A stretch of 64,000 bases of DNA from a virus (IMGVR_UViG_3300028888_000003), one strand, 5' to 3'; numbered from the stretch's first letter, positions 25,901 through 36,527 are shown. Program-made: numbers and translations. The notes: a model not told the origin generated them from the letters alone.

Positions 25901-26874
25901 TAGTTAATCACCTCTTTAGTTTCAGGTTCAAATTCAATAAATTCCCATTTGTTAGTCTATTTATTATATGCATACCAACCCTCTTCAACAGGTAATTTAA
26001 AACTAAATACTTTATTTACTAATCTTAATGTTCTTCTAAATTCATATGGGGCTATATGCTCATATAATATATTTCCATCTTTATCATGTACTATCTACCC
26101 CTATTCATCTTTTACTGGAATTTTTTGACCATTATTATTTAATTTTTCTGGCCTATAAATTTTACAATATAATGAACAATTATATAAATGCTAATTAATC
26201 ATTGTGGCATCTTTCCATGGCGCACCTTGGGCTTCTGATTGTGATACCCAAAGTTTATATAAATCGTTTAATTGTTTTACATTCATATCAGAATATGATT
26301 TATTATCCATATCTCGACAAGATGCAACATCTTTAATATACGCGCTTTTAGTAGGTAATTTTTCTATTTTTTTGTTATTACCAGTAGCTACTAATGCTTC
26401 AAACTGTTTCTATGTAATATTGGTAAATTTATATTTACTGCCAGTTGTAATAACATTGGGAACTTCTTGTGTACCTATATCAACTTCAAAAGAATAATCT
26501 TGTGGATTTGTATTTATATATTTTGGAATATAAAATTCTATATAGTCTTGAGCTTCTTTTGGTAATACTTGCTCAAAAGAAAAATGATACTCTATTACTT
26601 TTGCATATGCTTGAGCTATATTTCTGTTAGTAATTCTAGTATCATCTACAACCAAAACTCCATTGTCAATATTATCTGGGGTCACACCATCCGTTTTAAA
26701 ATGTATATTGTATGTAAAATGTTCTGTTGGATTATAAGTAGAATAAAAATATCCCTAACTATAAAGCGGGTTTGGAATATTCATAGCGTATTCTATAATT
26801 AATTCGCCAGATTCATCATGTATAGTTCTACTTTCTATACTACTAATTGTAGGACATACTTTAATCTCCGCCAT
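25900..26874 (-). CDS. hypothetical protein (~325 aa) with multiple in-frame TAG codons
   Basis: RBS AAGGAGGGAGAGAAATG; MAEIKVCPTISS...; ORF-track fragment 26410-26685 belongs to it. Confidence 0.45.
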
Positions 26875-26948
26875 TTCTCTCCCTCCTTAAAACAAATATT
26901 TTTCCATAAAAAAGTAAAGAAAAGAGTAGATTACTCTACTCTTCTCGT

Positions 26949-27362
26949 TTATCCTCTATTAAATACTCTTTCACTATAATCGTTTAAAAGAAATAAAAAT
27001 AAGCTCGTTACTTTTTCATAAATCTGTACACAATCACTATATCCATTGTCCATTAAGTTAAACCACTCTGAACAATCAATAGGCAAGTTAGTTATAATAT
27101 CATCCATTTTTTCTATATTAGAATATTTTCGAGCAAAATCATCATTAGTCCTTTGAATAACGTCATCATAATCTTTAGTTTCTACATAATCATCTACCGA
27201 GCCAAAAACTATATAATTTCTATCACCACAAGGTGACCATTCATAGTTCAAAATTATCATCAAATTTTCTTTTGAAAGCATAACAATATAATTATTATCC
27301 ATCAAAACTTTAGCAACAGCCCAAGCCTCTTCAAGAGTATTAAAAACTAATTCATTTTTCAT
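26949..27362 (-). CDS. hypothetical protein; N-terminal domain paralogous to 38197..38391
   Basis: MKNELVFNTLEEAWAVAKVLMDNNYIVMLSKENLMIILNY vs MKNELAFSEMWDATNVAESLIKNNYVVMLSREENLIILNY. Confidence 0.55.
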   Translation of the reverse strand: MKNELVFNTLEEAWAVAKVLMDNNYIVMLSKENLMIILNYEWSPCGDRNYIVFGSVDDYVETKDYDDVIQRTNDDFARKYSNIEKMDDIITNLPIDCSEWFNLMDNGYSDCVQIYEKVTSLFLFLLNDYSERVFNRG

Positions 27363-27583
27363 CTTTTATCCTCCCAAAATCCGAGTTGCTCTCCTATAAT
27401 TCCAATATCATAACCTGCACAATCCATCATAGCTAGTGCCGGCGCAATATCTTGGTCAAGTAAAGCAAGGTCGCTAATTCCACAACTGCCTTCTCTCTGA
27501 AGGTCTTCTCTTACGCAAAACCAGCGCTGACTATCCTCATCAAATTCGATTATGTACTTTTGTGTCCTATCAAGAAAATTCAT
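27359..27583 (-). CDS. hypothetical protein
   Basis: 74 aa. Confidence 0.5.
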   Translation of the reverse strand: MNFLDRTQKYIIEFDEDSQRWFCVREDLQREGSCGISDLALLDQDIAPALAMMDCAGYDIGIIGEQLGFWEDKR

Positions 27584-27604
27584 TTTAACTCTCCTTTATT
27601 CAAT

Positions 27605-27964
27605 TTATAAATTTAATAACCAGCCGCTTCGCTCAGCAATCCAATTATTATATTCTTTTAACCGAGCCTCTTCATTTTCTATTTTAATTATTTCTAAGAA
27701 CTCTTTTCGTGCTTGTTCTGCGGCTGCCACAGTAGGAAAGTAACAAATATTCCATTCTTCTATCGTATGAAAAATATTAAATCTATTAACTTTATAATCT
27801 TGAATTTCAACCCAATCTTCTTGTGGAATTTGTCTTCCAATTAAGGTCTTCTCAGCTTCTTCTTTTGTCCAACAAAATAGATTGTTTATACAATAAACTG
27901 TCATACCAAATTCAAGTCCTGTTTGTAATATAAAACTTGCATACTGCTTAGCTGTCATTTTCAA
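27605..27964 (-). CDS. hypothetical protein
   Basis: 119 aa. Confidence 0.5.
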   Translation of the reverse strand: MKMTAKQYASFILQTGLEFGMTVYCINNLFCWTKEEAEKTLIGRQIPQEDWVEIQDYKVNRFNIFHTIEEWNICYFPTVAAAEQARKEFLEIIKIENEEARLKEYNNWIAERSGWLLNL

Positions 27965-28319
27965 TCTCCTTTTTATTACAAATATAAGGTTTAATTCTTC
28001 CGTCTTCTACTAGCCAATCATATAATTTTGCAGCTGTAGAAAGGTCTATATCTCTTTCATCTATACCTGGATTCCATTTTGCACCATATTCAAGCTCATA
28101 AATAAAATAAGAAAAATCGGAAATATGACGATAGTCTTGATGTTCACAATCCTCTCCATAAAGAGCTAATTCGATAGCGTGAATATATTTATGAAAAATA
28201 ATACTTCCATACCAATTATCGGTAATTCCCATAATTTGTTCAATTTTATAGCACTCATTATCTAATTTTTCAAGCTCATCTATCATTTGAACAAATCTTT
28301 CTTTGCTAATTTCAAGCAT
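27948..28319 (-). CDS. hypothetical protein
   Basis: 123 aa. Confidence 0.5.
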   Translation of the reverse strand: MLEISKERFVQMIDELEKLDNECYKIEQIMGITDNWYGSIIFHKYIHAIELALYGEDCEHQDYRHISDFSYFIYELEYGAKWNPGIDERDIDLSTAAKLYDWLVEDGRIKPYICNKKEIENDS

Positions 28320-28333
28320 CTTTTATTCCTCCA

Positions 28334-28897
28334 TCAAAGAAAGGTTTTACATTCTTCTACTTTTACTTTCATATCTTTGATTGCATCGTCAAGCAATACA
28401 GGGGTACAATTATGAGAATCCATACCTACGTGATATATAAAGGGCATTTCATTATAAAAATTGGTCTTTTGATGGGTATGTCCATACAGATTAATCAAAC
28501 AATTATGTAAAGAATTGCTATCAAAATTCGCAGTCATACTGGGATAATGAGAAAGATAAAAATGATATTTTTTATACTTGATAATTGTAGCATAATTTAC
28601 TTCAACTATATTATCAAGGTCTTCAACATACATTTGTTCTCGAGCGGCGCTGTCATGGTTACCAAGAATCACATGAATATAACCATTCAGTCGTGCGATA
28701 CAACTTTTACCATATTCTTTATCTCCAAGGGTTAAATCACCAAGCAGATAAACATCATCATCTTTATCTACAACTGAGTTCCAACGTTCAATTATTGCCT
28801 CATCGTGTTCTTCAATAGAATTAAAACCGCGAGGCTTATACAGAAATTCACGATCATGACCGAAATGTGTGTCGCTCGTTACGAAGATTCTCCCTGC
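28334..28897 (-). CDS. calcineurin-like metallophosphoesterase
   Basis: DTHFGH, GDLTLGD, GNHD motifs; start at MAGRIFV after AAAGGAGTAATAGT. Confidence 0.65.
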   Translation of the reverse strand, partial: AGRIFVTSDTHFGHDREFLYKPRGFNSIEEHDEAIIERWNSVVDKDDDVYLLGDLTLGDKEYGKSCIARLNGYIHVILGNHDSAAREQMYVEDLDNIVEVNYATIIKYKKYHFYLSHYPSMTANFDSNSLHNCLINLYGHTHQKTNFYNEMPFIYHVGMDSHNCTPVLLDDAIKDMKVKVEECKTFL

Positions 28898-28913
28898 CAT
28901 ACTATTACTCCTT

Positions 28914-29096
28914 TCAATAAGAAATTTTTCCTTGCTTAATTTTAGCAATAGTAATCATTGCTTGTTTTATTTCATTGGCTAATTCTGTATTATTTTCTTC
29001 AATTGCTTTTCTTTTAATTTTCCATAAAACCATATATGCTTCATTTATAACAGTACTATCATCAATATAAACTTCATTATACACTTCAGTTACCAT
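28914..29096 (-). CDS. hypothetical small protein
   Basis: 60 aa. Confidence 0.45.
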   Translation of the reverse strand: MVTEVYNEVYIDDSTVINEAYMVLWKIKRKAIEENNTELANEIKQAMITIAKIKQGKISY

Positions 29097-29128
29097 TTTA
29101 ATACTTCCTTTCTTCTTTTTCTAAATAT

Positions 29129-29157
29129 ATTATACTAAAATTTTTAGAAAAAATCAA
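29129..29157 (-). promoter_or_regulatory. class-B late promoter
   Basis: rc TTGATTTTTTCTAAAAATTTTAGTATAATATATTTAG. Confidence 0.6.
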
Positions 29158-29200
29158 GTTTAGACCACCACAGTATGTACTTCTGCGGCGGTCCGAAATT

Positions 29201-30322
29201 TTATTCCATGAGCTTTAATACTTTGTCTATTGAAATCTTCTTCAAATATTCAAATGCAGTTATTTCCGGATTTTTAAGAGCGGCGAAGCAATAGCCCCGT
29301 GCATCTCCTAACTCTTTCACATATTCTGCGATTGCTTTGCGGTCTTCAAGCTGATATACTCTGATATAATTTTCCATAGCTGCGCGCGCAACTTCAAAGG
29401 CTTGTTCAACGAATTTGAAATCGCGAATGGTTTTCTGAATTTCAGGCATATCACCAAAGAAACCAATCATATCATCTATATACCCGTCAAGAATTGCTTT
29501 TACTACTTTTTTCTGGGTTATTTTATCATTCCCACGAATACGGAATGCTTTAAGATATTCCGCACCTTTAACTTTGATACGATTAAAGTTCTTATCGCAT
29601 ACAACAAATCCTTCATTCAATTTAGAAAGTGAAGCTGCCGCGTCGAGTACGTCGTCGATTGATTTAAATTGATAAGTTCTTGGACGAGGAAAACCAAACT
29701 CTTCATATAACGGATTATAAGCTGTATCCAAATGAAGTTCTTTATCATCGTCTTTACGAACTCCAATCCAATACAAATAAGTTTGTTCATAAGGAACGAC
29801 GAGACGATTGTAAGGAGATACCAATTCAAACATATAGGTATAACCTTCATACATAAATTTAAAAAAGTCATTCATAGCTTTTTTATCTTTAAAACAAGAG
29901 CAAACCAAATCATAGAAGGTCATAGTACCATCATATCCTTCAACTTCTGCTTTTCTTGCATCAATAGTAGAGTTGGTAGATATGTGCCATTCGTCTAAAT
30001 CGTACCAAAATTTTATCAATGAACCGTCTATCTTTTCATAGATAACTGCCGAATCCCAATCTATCTCCGCCGCATTAGCTTCTTGAGCATTAAAAAATTT
30101 ATCGAACGGATGGCATACGCAGATATAACAATCTTTCTCTTTGTCAAATCTAAATATGCAGCCGCGCGCTTCCTGTACAAGGGGGTTCGACATATCAGAA
30201 TTAAGCATATCATACTTTAAGAGAAAGTACGGCTCATCATCTTTAACTATTAAATTGTAAGGTTCTTTGGTAAGAATTTCTCGCCAATCGTTATGTTGAT
30301 TTATAAAGTTTAAGAGTTTCAT
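29201..30322 (-). CDS. ATP-dependent RNA ligase-like nucleotidyltransferase
   Basis: motif I EKIDGSL (KxDG), 373 aa; adjacent phosphoesterase. Confidence 0.55.
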   Translation of the reverse strand: MKLLNFINQHNDWREILTKEPYNLIVKDDEPYFLLKYDMLNSDMSNPLVQEARGCIFRFDKEKDCYICVCHPFDKFFNAQEANAAEIDWDSAVIYEKIDGSLIKFWYDLDEWHISTNSTIDARKAEVEGYDGTMTFYDLVCSCFKDKKAMNDFFKFMYEGYTYMFELVSPYNRLVVPYEQTYLYWIGVRKDDDKELHLDTAYNPLYEEFGFPRPRTYQFKSIDDVLDAAASLSKLNEGFVVCDKNFNRIKVKGAEYLKAFRIRGNDKITQKKVVKAILDGYIDDMIGFFGDMPEIQKTIRDFKFVEQAFEVARAAMENYIRVYQLEDRKAIAEYVKELGDARGYCFAALKNPEITAFEYLKKISIDKVLKLME

Positions 30323-30689
30323 ACTTTCTCCTTTCGACTAATCTATTAGTAGTTAATTCCTAATTTTTGTGCTAATTCAAAAATATCATTTTGACAAATA
30401 TAATCATAATTTGAACTACCTAATGGATAAAAGTATCTTAAAAAATCATCAAATTGTCTAAACAAAATTTCCAATATGAATTTTTCTTTATCTGTTAATT
30501 CAGGCATATACTTTCCCCTTTCCATTTAAATCATCATTCCACCATAATAGGAAGCATATATAAAAGTTAACTCAATAACAAGGCCAAGCAGAATTCGTGC
30601 CGCTTTTTCATTTTCTACTATCCAAGATATCCAAACCAATGTAAATATTATTACCCAAAAAATAAAATGAATTGTACGAGCTTCATTCA

Positions 30690-31232
30690 TTAGTATTCTC
30701 CTTCCTTTTGAATAACTTCAATCTGACAACTCTCCATTACTTTAAGTGCAGCCTCATGAGCATCCGGAGTGGTGCCGGCGCAGCAGTAAGCAAGGCACTT
30801 AATTGGAATATTAGGACAAGCCGCGCGAAGTATAAGTGCGTTTGATACTACACATATATCTGTGCATAAACCAAAAATTACTATCTCATCGGGATTCCAT
30901 CTATCCAAATCCTCACGAAACCAATTATAACCAAAAGTCTTTTTGGGTTCAGGATAGTTATAAACACCCTTAAGAGCTTCGCAAATTGCAGGGTGCATAT
31001 TATAACCATTTGTACCTACAAGACAATGGGGTATCGGAAGTTTCTTTCCTTCTAATGTATCAAGGTAACCATTATCGTGCCAATCGTGTGTCGTTATAAA
31101 GGTAGCCTTTTCTTCTTTATAATGTTCAATCGCGGCGACTGCTTTCGGGACTATCAACTGCGCAGCCTCTGAGCCAAGACAACCATCTATAAAATCATTC
31201 TGCATATCAATTACTATTACAAGTTTACTCAT
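30690..31232 (-). CDS. isochorismatase-family hydrolase (nicotinamidase PncA-like)
   Basis: VIDMQNDF (Asp), Lys, GLCTDICV (Cys) catalytic triad pattern. Confidence 0.6.
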   Translation of the reverse strand: MSKLVIVIDMQNDFIDGCLGSEAAQLIVPKAVAAIEHYKEEKATFITTHDWHDNGYLDTLEGKKLPIPHCLVGTNGYNMHPAICEALKGVYNYPEPKKTFGYNWFREDLDRWNPDEIVIFGLCTDICVVSNALILRAACPNIPIKCLAYCCAGTTPDAHEAALKVMESCQIEVIQKEGEY

Positions 31233-31244
31233 TTTAATTCTCCT

Positions 31245-31442
31245 TTATATTCCCCATAAGTAATCATTAAGTTCATCAGCATACATATCAAATGCAGGAT
31301 TACCGACTCCACATTCTGGGTCATCTAAAAATGCTTCTATATCTTGATCTAAGCCAAAAGCACCAGTTAGAAAGGTTTCTGCTCTCCAATTTCTTTCAAA
31401 CTTTTCAAAATCTCTTTCATTATCAATTATTTCTATACTCAT
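31245..31442 (-). CDS. hypothetical acidic protein
   Basis: 65 aa. Confidence 0.45.
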   Translation of the reverse strand: MSIEIIDNERDFEKFERNWRAETFLTGAFGLDQDIEAFLDDPECGVGNPAFDMYADELNDYLWGI

Positions 31443-31474
31443 TTTAATTCTCCTTTTATTCTTTTTCTAATAAT

Positions 31475-31503
31475 ATTATACTATAAATTTATAAAAAAAT
31501 CAA
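31475..31503 (-). promoter_or_regulatory. class-B late promoter
   Basis: rc TTGATTTTTTTATAAATTTATAGTATAATATTATTAG. Confidence 0.6.
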
Positions 31504-31540
31504 ATTTAAAAATAGGTAGCCTTCACTACCTCTTTAATAC

Positions 31541-32434
31541 TTATTTATTTGTTTTAATTTCTCCAGCGGGAATCATAATAGCAGCATCTTCACCCGCGAC
31601 CACCTGCGGTAATTCACCATTCCACTTCTCAATATACTGCTCTCTCAAAATTTTATCAGTAAGAGATTTTTCAAGAAGTTCATTAGCTTTTGCTTCAGCT
31701 TCGGCAGATACAATTTTTGCCTTTGCATCAGCTTCAGCTTTGGCAATCTTAGCTTTATTCTCATAGTCGGCTTTTAATTGTTTCTGCTCTGCTACCATCT
31801 TATCTTCAACAGCTTTTTCAAAAGCATCAGAAAAATCAATATTAGTAAGTACAACTGTTGTTACATTAACAAAATATTCTTTACCAATAGCATCTTTAAT
31901 TGCACTTTCTACTTTAGGCGACATAGCTGCGCGGTCGGCAATTATATTCATAGCTTTATAGGAAGAAAGAATTGCTTTTGTTTTTTCGATTGCAACAGAC
32001 TCAATTCGATTTTCAAGAGCTTCAAGTGAACCATACTGATTGGCAATTGAGATTGCTTTATCGCTCATAATTTGATACTGAAGCGTCATCTGAACATCCA
32101 TTGTCTGCGCGTCGCTTGAATAAGCCGCAGTAGTAATATCTACATTCTGCACCTTTGCATCATATTTCTGGTACTGATTAATAACCCAAAAGTCAAAATA
32201 GGTGCCGGCAGGACGAGTGTTCTTTGCTTTACCAAGCTGTTTTACTACTGCAATTTCACCAGTATTTACTGTATGAAAACTCGGCGCAATCAAAAAACCT
32301 AAAAGTAAAATTAGTATCCCAATCACAACAAAATGAGCAAATTGTTTGTCGTCTTCATATTTGAGAAAAGAAAGCACAAACATACCAATTGCTATTGCTA
32401 CAAACATAATTCCTAAAATAATTCCGATAACCAT
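31541..32434 (-). CDS. SPFH/band-7 (prohibitin/flotillin-like) membrane protein
   Basis: N-terminal TM helix, SPFH core, C-terminal A/E/K coiled coil. Confidence 0.65.
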   Translation of the reverse strand: MVIGIILGIMFVAIAIGMFVLSFLKYEDDKQFAHFVVIGILILLLGFLIAPSFHTVNTGEIAVVKQLGKAKNTRPAGTYFDFWVINQYQKYDAKVQNVDITTAAYSSDAQTMDVQMTLQYQIMSDKAISIANQYGSLEALENRIESVAIEKTKAILSSYKAMNIIADRAAMSPKVESAIKDAIGKEYFVNVTTVVLTNIDFSDAFEKAVEDKMVAEQKQLKADYENKAKIAKAEADAKAKIVSAEAEAKANELLEKSLTDKILREQYIEKWNGELPQVVAGEDAAIMIPAGEIKTNK

Positions 32435-32539
32435 TTTAAATCTCCTTTTATTTAATTTTTAATCTATTTCCATTAAATATGATAATGGGTCAACCGCGCC
32501 ACAACGCATGGCGGCTGTCTAATATCTTCTATGCTCTGA

Positions 32540-32833
32540 CTAAAATCTTTCTTGTGCTTCTCGTTTTCTTTCTTCTTCATCTTCATTATATATTTCTGCT
32601 GATATAATATAGATTTTATCTATTGTATATTCGGTGAATCTATTATATAATTTAATTGCACCCTGTATGGATTTCATTTCTTTTGCACAAGTATAGAACA
32701 AATCTATATCATCAATTTCAATCCTAGGACCTTCTGTTTCTTGATAAAGTTTATATATAGCTTCATTTATATTAGAAGCCTCTATTACATAGTCTTGGCA
32801 AATTGATTTATTTAGTAGAATAAGATATTTCAT
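32540..32833 (-). CDS. hypothetical protein
   Basis: 97 aa. Confidence 0.5.
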   Translation of the reverse strand: MKYLILLNKSICQDYVIEASNINEAIYKLYQETEGPRIEIDDIDLFYTCAKEMKSIQGAIKLYNRFTEYTIDKIYIISAEIYNEDEEERKREAQERF

Positions 32834-32839
32834 TTTTAT

Positions 32840-33100
32840 TTACTCCCCAATTAAAATACAATTAACTGAATTAACTCGATATTTTGTTCCGTCTTTACTT
32901 ATTATTACTACTCCGTCATTATGTACGTTGGGCATCCAGTTTTCGATTTCAACTTCAGTCGTACTTCCGTCTGGAAGTCTAATGATTGCTTTATTATACT
33001 CATCATTACTAATATATTTTCTATTAGTAGATGAGGATGAACAACTCGTAAATGCTAATAGGGTAACTATAATAAGTATGATACTAATTACCTTTTTCAT
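32840..33100 (-). CDS. putative lipoprotein
   Basis: signal peptide + lipobox LAFTSC. Confidence 0.55.
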   Translation of the reverse strand: MKKVISIILIIVTLLAFTSCSSSSTNRKYISNDEYNKAIIRLPDGSTTEVEIENWMPNVHNDGVVIISKDGTKYRVNSVNCILIGE

Positions 33101-33102
33101 TT

Positions 33103-33315
33103 TTATTCCTCCTTTGAAGTCCTACATAATTCAATAAAGTCGTCATATGTAGCAAGTCGAATTTTTTCACAAATGCTATTATCAGCCAATTCATGAGTAT
33201 ATACTGGTCTTCCGAGTTTTTCTTCAACATATTCATAAAAATATTTTCGCTTATCACCAGTAAGCATGCATATACCGGTAAAGGCTTCAACAATTGCACA
33301 TTCTCTTACAGTCAT
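33103..33315 (-). CDS. hypothetical protein
   Basis: 70 aa. Confidence 0.45.
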   Translation of the reverse strand: MTVRECAIVEAFTGICMLTGDKRKYFYEYVEEKLGRPVYTHELADNSICEKIRLATYDDFIELCRTSKEE

Positions 33316-33497
33316 TCTTCTTGCTCCTTTACAACAACATAACCTTCATCTTTAATCCATATATCAAAATCTTCCGTACAAATAGGACACAAATCATAAT
33401 ATTTATTTGGATGATTAGGGGTATCAAGACCAACCACTGAGCGTTTATCATCCAATTCATAAAAACTGCCACATCTATCACATTTTCCTGCTATCAT
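33312..33497 (-). CDS. zinc-ribbon small protein
   Basis: CDRCG...CPICTEDF. Confidence 0.5.
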   Translation of the reverse strand: MIAGKCDRCGSFYELDDKRSVVGLDTPNHPNKYYDLCPICTEDFDIWIKDEGYVVVKEQEE

Positions 33498-34073
33498 TTA
33501 TTTTTCCTCCGAATTATTAAACATTAATAATTTAAACCATTTATCAACGAATTTTTTAATATCAGATTTTTCATAATCATTCCCGTTTTTAAAATCTTCA
33601 TTGAACGCATAGTGACCTATATCTTGCTTATACATCCAAGCAAGGTTATCTGATATGACTTTGAATTTATAATCACCTATTTCAAAAGTATCTCCGATTT
33701 TAAAATTAGAAGATTTAAGATTTGAGATTTGCAAAGCTGGGCGTACACAGTGACGATCAACAACGCTTTGAGCGCAATAGGAATTACAGCTAGGTGAGCG
33801 CACCCACCAGAAATCACTGTATTCTCTTTCACTTTCTGTTAAATATTTTTCTACTTCTTCAATCGAAAGAAGTGTTGCTCCTGTAATTTCAAGCTCTTCT
33901 TCAACCGTTGATTTGATTATTTTATTTACTTTCATTTTTCCTCTTCCTCTATATATTGATTCCCTTTTAGGACAATTATCACAATCACCAGGGCAATAGT
34001 CTCCGTCGCATTTCTTTGGCTCATAGGCCCATTTACTCACGCTCATTTGTATCTCTCCTATCTCCATCGGCAC
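33498..34073 (-). CDS. hypothetical Cys-rich protein
   Basis: 191 aa; CDGDYCPGDCDNCPKRE. Confidence 0.5.
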   Translation of the reverse strand: MPMEIGEIQMSVSKWAYEPKKCDGDYCPGDCDNCPKRESIYRGRGKMKVNKIIKSTVEEELEITGATLLSIEEVEKYLTESEREYSDFWWVRSPSCNSYCAQSVVDRHCVRPALQISNLKSSNFKIGDTFEIGDYKFKVISDNLAWMYKQDIGHYAFNEDFKNGNDYEKSDIKKFVDKWFKLLMFNNSEEK

Positions 34074-34338
34074 AAAAGTAATCAGCCTCGTGCTCTTCTA
34101 AATGAGTAACGGTTGATTTAAGGATACAAAGATATTCGTATGATGCAGGTACATCATAATCTTTCTTAATTGAATGCTTACAATCCTTACACCTGACTAC
34201 CTTAACATAGTCGCTATTGGTATCACTTGTAATTATTGTATTTACATCCTGTGCAGGACACCAAGTTATTCCACAATCTTCACCTGTATAATGGTCACAC
34301 CATACAACATTACATATCATTCTGTTTCCCTCTTTCAT
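34033..34338 (-). CDS. hypothetical Cys-rich protein
   Basis: 101 aa. Confidence 0.45.
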   Translation of the reverse strand: MKEGNRMICNVVWCDHYTGEDCGITWCPAQDVNTIITSDTNSDYVKVVRCKDCKHSIKKDYDVPASYEYLCILKSTVTHLEEHEADYFCADGDRRDTNERE

Positions 34339-34442
34339 CTTTTTTCTTTTTTATACGGTCAAATATTTCTCTACCAATTATTATTAATATAAAAGAAATA
34401 TTAGTAACACACATAATTTTAAGTAAAGTAAACAATATTAAC

Positions 34443-34805
34443 TTAACCATTAATCTTACCTCTCATATCTGCCCCACAATGTAAACAAAATCTTGCATAA
34501 GAATGTTGTTCATTCGGAATCCAAGATTGACATAAAGAGCAAGAGTATGTTCCATTATTATTTTTTACCCACTCTCCATGTATATTCTCTCGTATATCAG
34601 TAACAGGTTTAAGCCAAAGAGGCTTACCTTCATAATATAATCTTCGCTGTGTTTCAAGTTGTGATACAAGACTATCAATTAAAATTTTATTATACATATA
34701 ATCAACATATAATCCTGTTTCAATTTCACCAAAACAAATTTGATATTTCATTCTGTTTCTCCTCTTTTTCGCATAGGATTTCCGCAATGAGGACAGAAAT
34801 CCCAC
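34443..34805 (-). CDS. zinc-ribbon protein
   Basis: CSLCQS...CLHCGADM. Confidence 0.5.
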   Translation of the reverse strand: MGFLSSLRKSYAKKRRNRMKYQICFGEIETGLYVDYMYNKILIDSLVSQLETQRRLYYEGKPLWLKPVTDIRENIHGEWVKNNNGTYSCSLCQSWIPNEQHSYARFCLHCGADMRGKING

Positions 34806-35088
34806 GGAATATCATCTGGCGCGTCTTCTTCACAGATAGAACACATCAATGAGCCATAATCTTCACAAGAGAAAAATTCTCCAGTAGGACTTATCCAACC
34901 ATCGGCGGATAATTTATTATAATTCATTTTGTTTTTCCTCTTTCTTCATCAAACAGATTATCTAATCTTTCTTTTAATTCAGTGATAGAATGTTGTGCAC
35001 TATAAAAGTTGCCATTCATTATATCTTCTAATATTCTTAATAGTTCCAAATTATAATAATATTGTTGTACTGTCATTCTAATTCCTCC

Positions 35089-35529
35089 TTAGTCTTCAGA
35101 AGATAATGATTTAAGAATTTTCTCATAATCATCATTTATAACTGCTTTGAAATAATGCGTACAATATGTTGAGTCAAAAGTATCTGTTATATGCTCTAAA
35201 AATAAACTGCTAAATCTTTCTTCCCAATCTTTTGCACCACAATATACATAGTTGGAACCTTCATCTTCATATCCCATACCACAATCACCACACCTTGTAT
35301 GAATATAAATAACATCTTGTCCAGCATATTTATTGAACACTTCAAATTCTTCATTATAATATTCATCTTGTTCTACAGGTGATTCAATTTTCATAAATCT
35401 TGCGCCACGAAGTCTTGGTATTTCACCATAGTTTTCTGCTAAATATTTACCTATCATTTCATCTGTTGACTGTAAATAAGCATATAAATCCATATTATTT
35501 CTCCTTTCGTACTTCTGCGCGACCACCAT
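35089..35529 (-). CDS. hypothetical protein
   Basis: 146 aa; RBS AAAGGAGAAATAATATG; GGTCGCGCAGAAGTACG motif in its 5' UTR. Confidence 0.55.
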   Translation of the reverse strand: MVVAQKYERRNNMDLYAYLQSTDEMIGKYLAENYGEIPRLRGARFMKIESPVEQDEYYNEEFEVFNKYAGQDVIYIHTRCGDCGMGYEDEGSNYVYCGAKDWEERFSSLFLEHITDTFDSTYCTHYFKAVINDDYEKILKSLSSED

Positions 35530-35628
35530 CGGGGATGGTCATCAGCCATATTTTCCAGACCTGATGACCATCAGGCATCGCAGTCGCGCACTACAACATA
35601 TTAAACTTCTTCCTTAATCTCTAATATA

Positions 35629-35657
35629 ATTATACTATAAATTTATAAAAAAATCAA
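35629..35657 (-). promoter_or_regulatory. class-B late promoter
   Basis: rc TTGATTTTTTTATAAATTTATAGTATAATTATATTAG. Confidence 0.6.
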
Positions 35658-35691
35658 ATTTGAGAGGCATTTGTAAATACCTCTCAAACTC

Positions 35692-36459
35692 TTATTCTCT
35701 ATAACCACAAAAATCAACAATTTTAATTACTCCATTAGGAAGCATACCGTAATTGGCTTGATGTAAGTCATTAATACAATGTGCATAAATGAAATCTTCA
35801 ACATCACTATCGTGAATCAGACAAACAAGCACATCATCCCACTCAAGCCAAGAATCTTCATAGTCAGCGAGTCTACACTCATAGTCATCATCATCTTCAT
35901 CGTCATTCTGAGTAATACCGACTTCTTCAATTAAGTATTCTCTAATTTTGCTACTTGAATATGAATCATATTCGTCGCCGCAGTCAAGCCTTTCCTGAAT
36001 ATAGAAGTCAATTCCATCAATTTTACAAAGAAAATATGTTGCGGCAAAGGCCCAATCAACACCTTCATTAACTGCTTCAGCAAAGAAATTAGCTTCTCTC
36101 TTGCAGTAATTATAAGAGTTACTTTTGAAGTCGACTTTAATAACCCAATTATCAAGCTCTCCATCGTCTCTCATAAAAACACCACGAGTTGAGCCAGAAG
36201 CTACGGTAGTATCATAAGGAAGAGATTTAAGATTACTATAAAAAGCACGACGCTTTTCACTACGCTTGTCAAAATATTCCTGAGCGTCATCAGAAGCGGT
36301 AAGATGATAGGTGTTATCTATATAATTATAGACGCCACAATCTACGAGGTCGTGCGCGAACTCGATTGCGATTTCTTTTTCATGGTTAGTATATTTTATC
36401 ACTATTCTCTTCCTTTCTTTTTTAGAAATGAAAATGAGGAAGAAATCCCGCGGGGTCAA
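35692..36459 (-). CDS. hypothetical protein
   Basis: 255 aa. Confidence 0.55.
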   Translation of the reverse strand: MTPRDFFLIFISKKERKRIVIKYTNHEKEIAIEFAHDLVDCGVYNYIDNTYHLTASDDAQEYFDKRSEKRRAFYSNLKSLPYDTTVASGSTRGVFMRDDGELDNWVIKVDFKSNSYNYCKREANFFAEAVNEGVDWAFAATYFLCKIDGIDFYIQERLDCGDEYDSYSSSKIREYLIEEVGITQNDDEDDDDYECRLADYEDSWLEWDDVLVCLIHDSDVEDFIYAHCINDLHQANYGMLPNGVIKIVDFCGYRE

Positions 36460-36498
36460 TTATATAATTGCCATCGTTCGGTTCATTCTTCCTTCACT

Positions 36499-36527
36499 TT
36501 CTATATATATTATATCAAAATTTTTTT
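36499..36527 (-). promoter_or_regulatory. class-B late promoter (TTGCAA -35)
   Basis: rc TTGCAAAATTAAAAAAATTTTGATATAATATATATAG. Confidence 0.55.
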
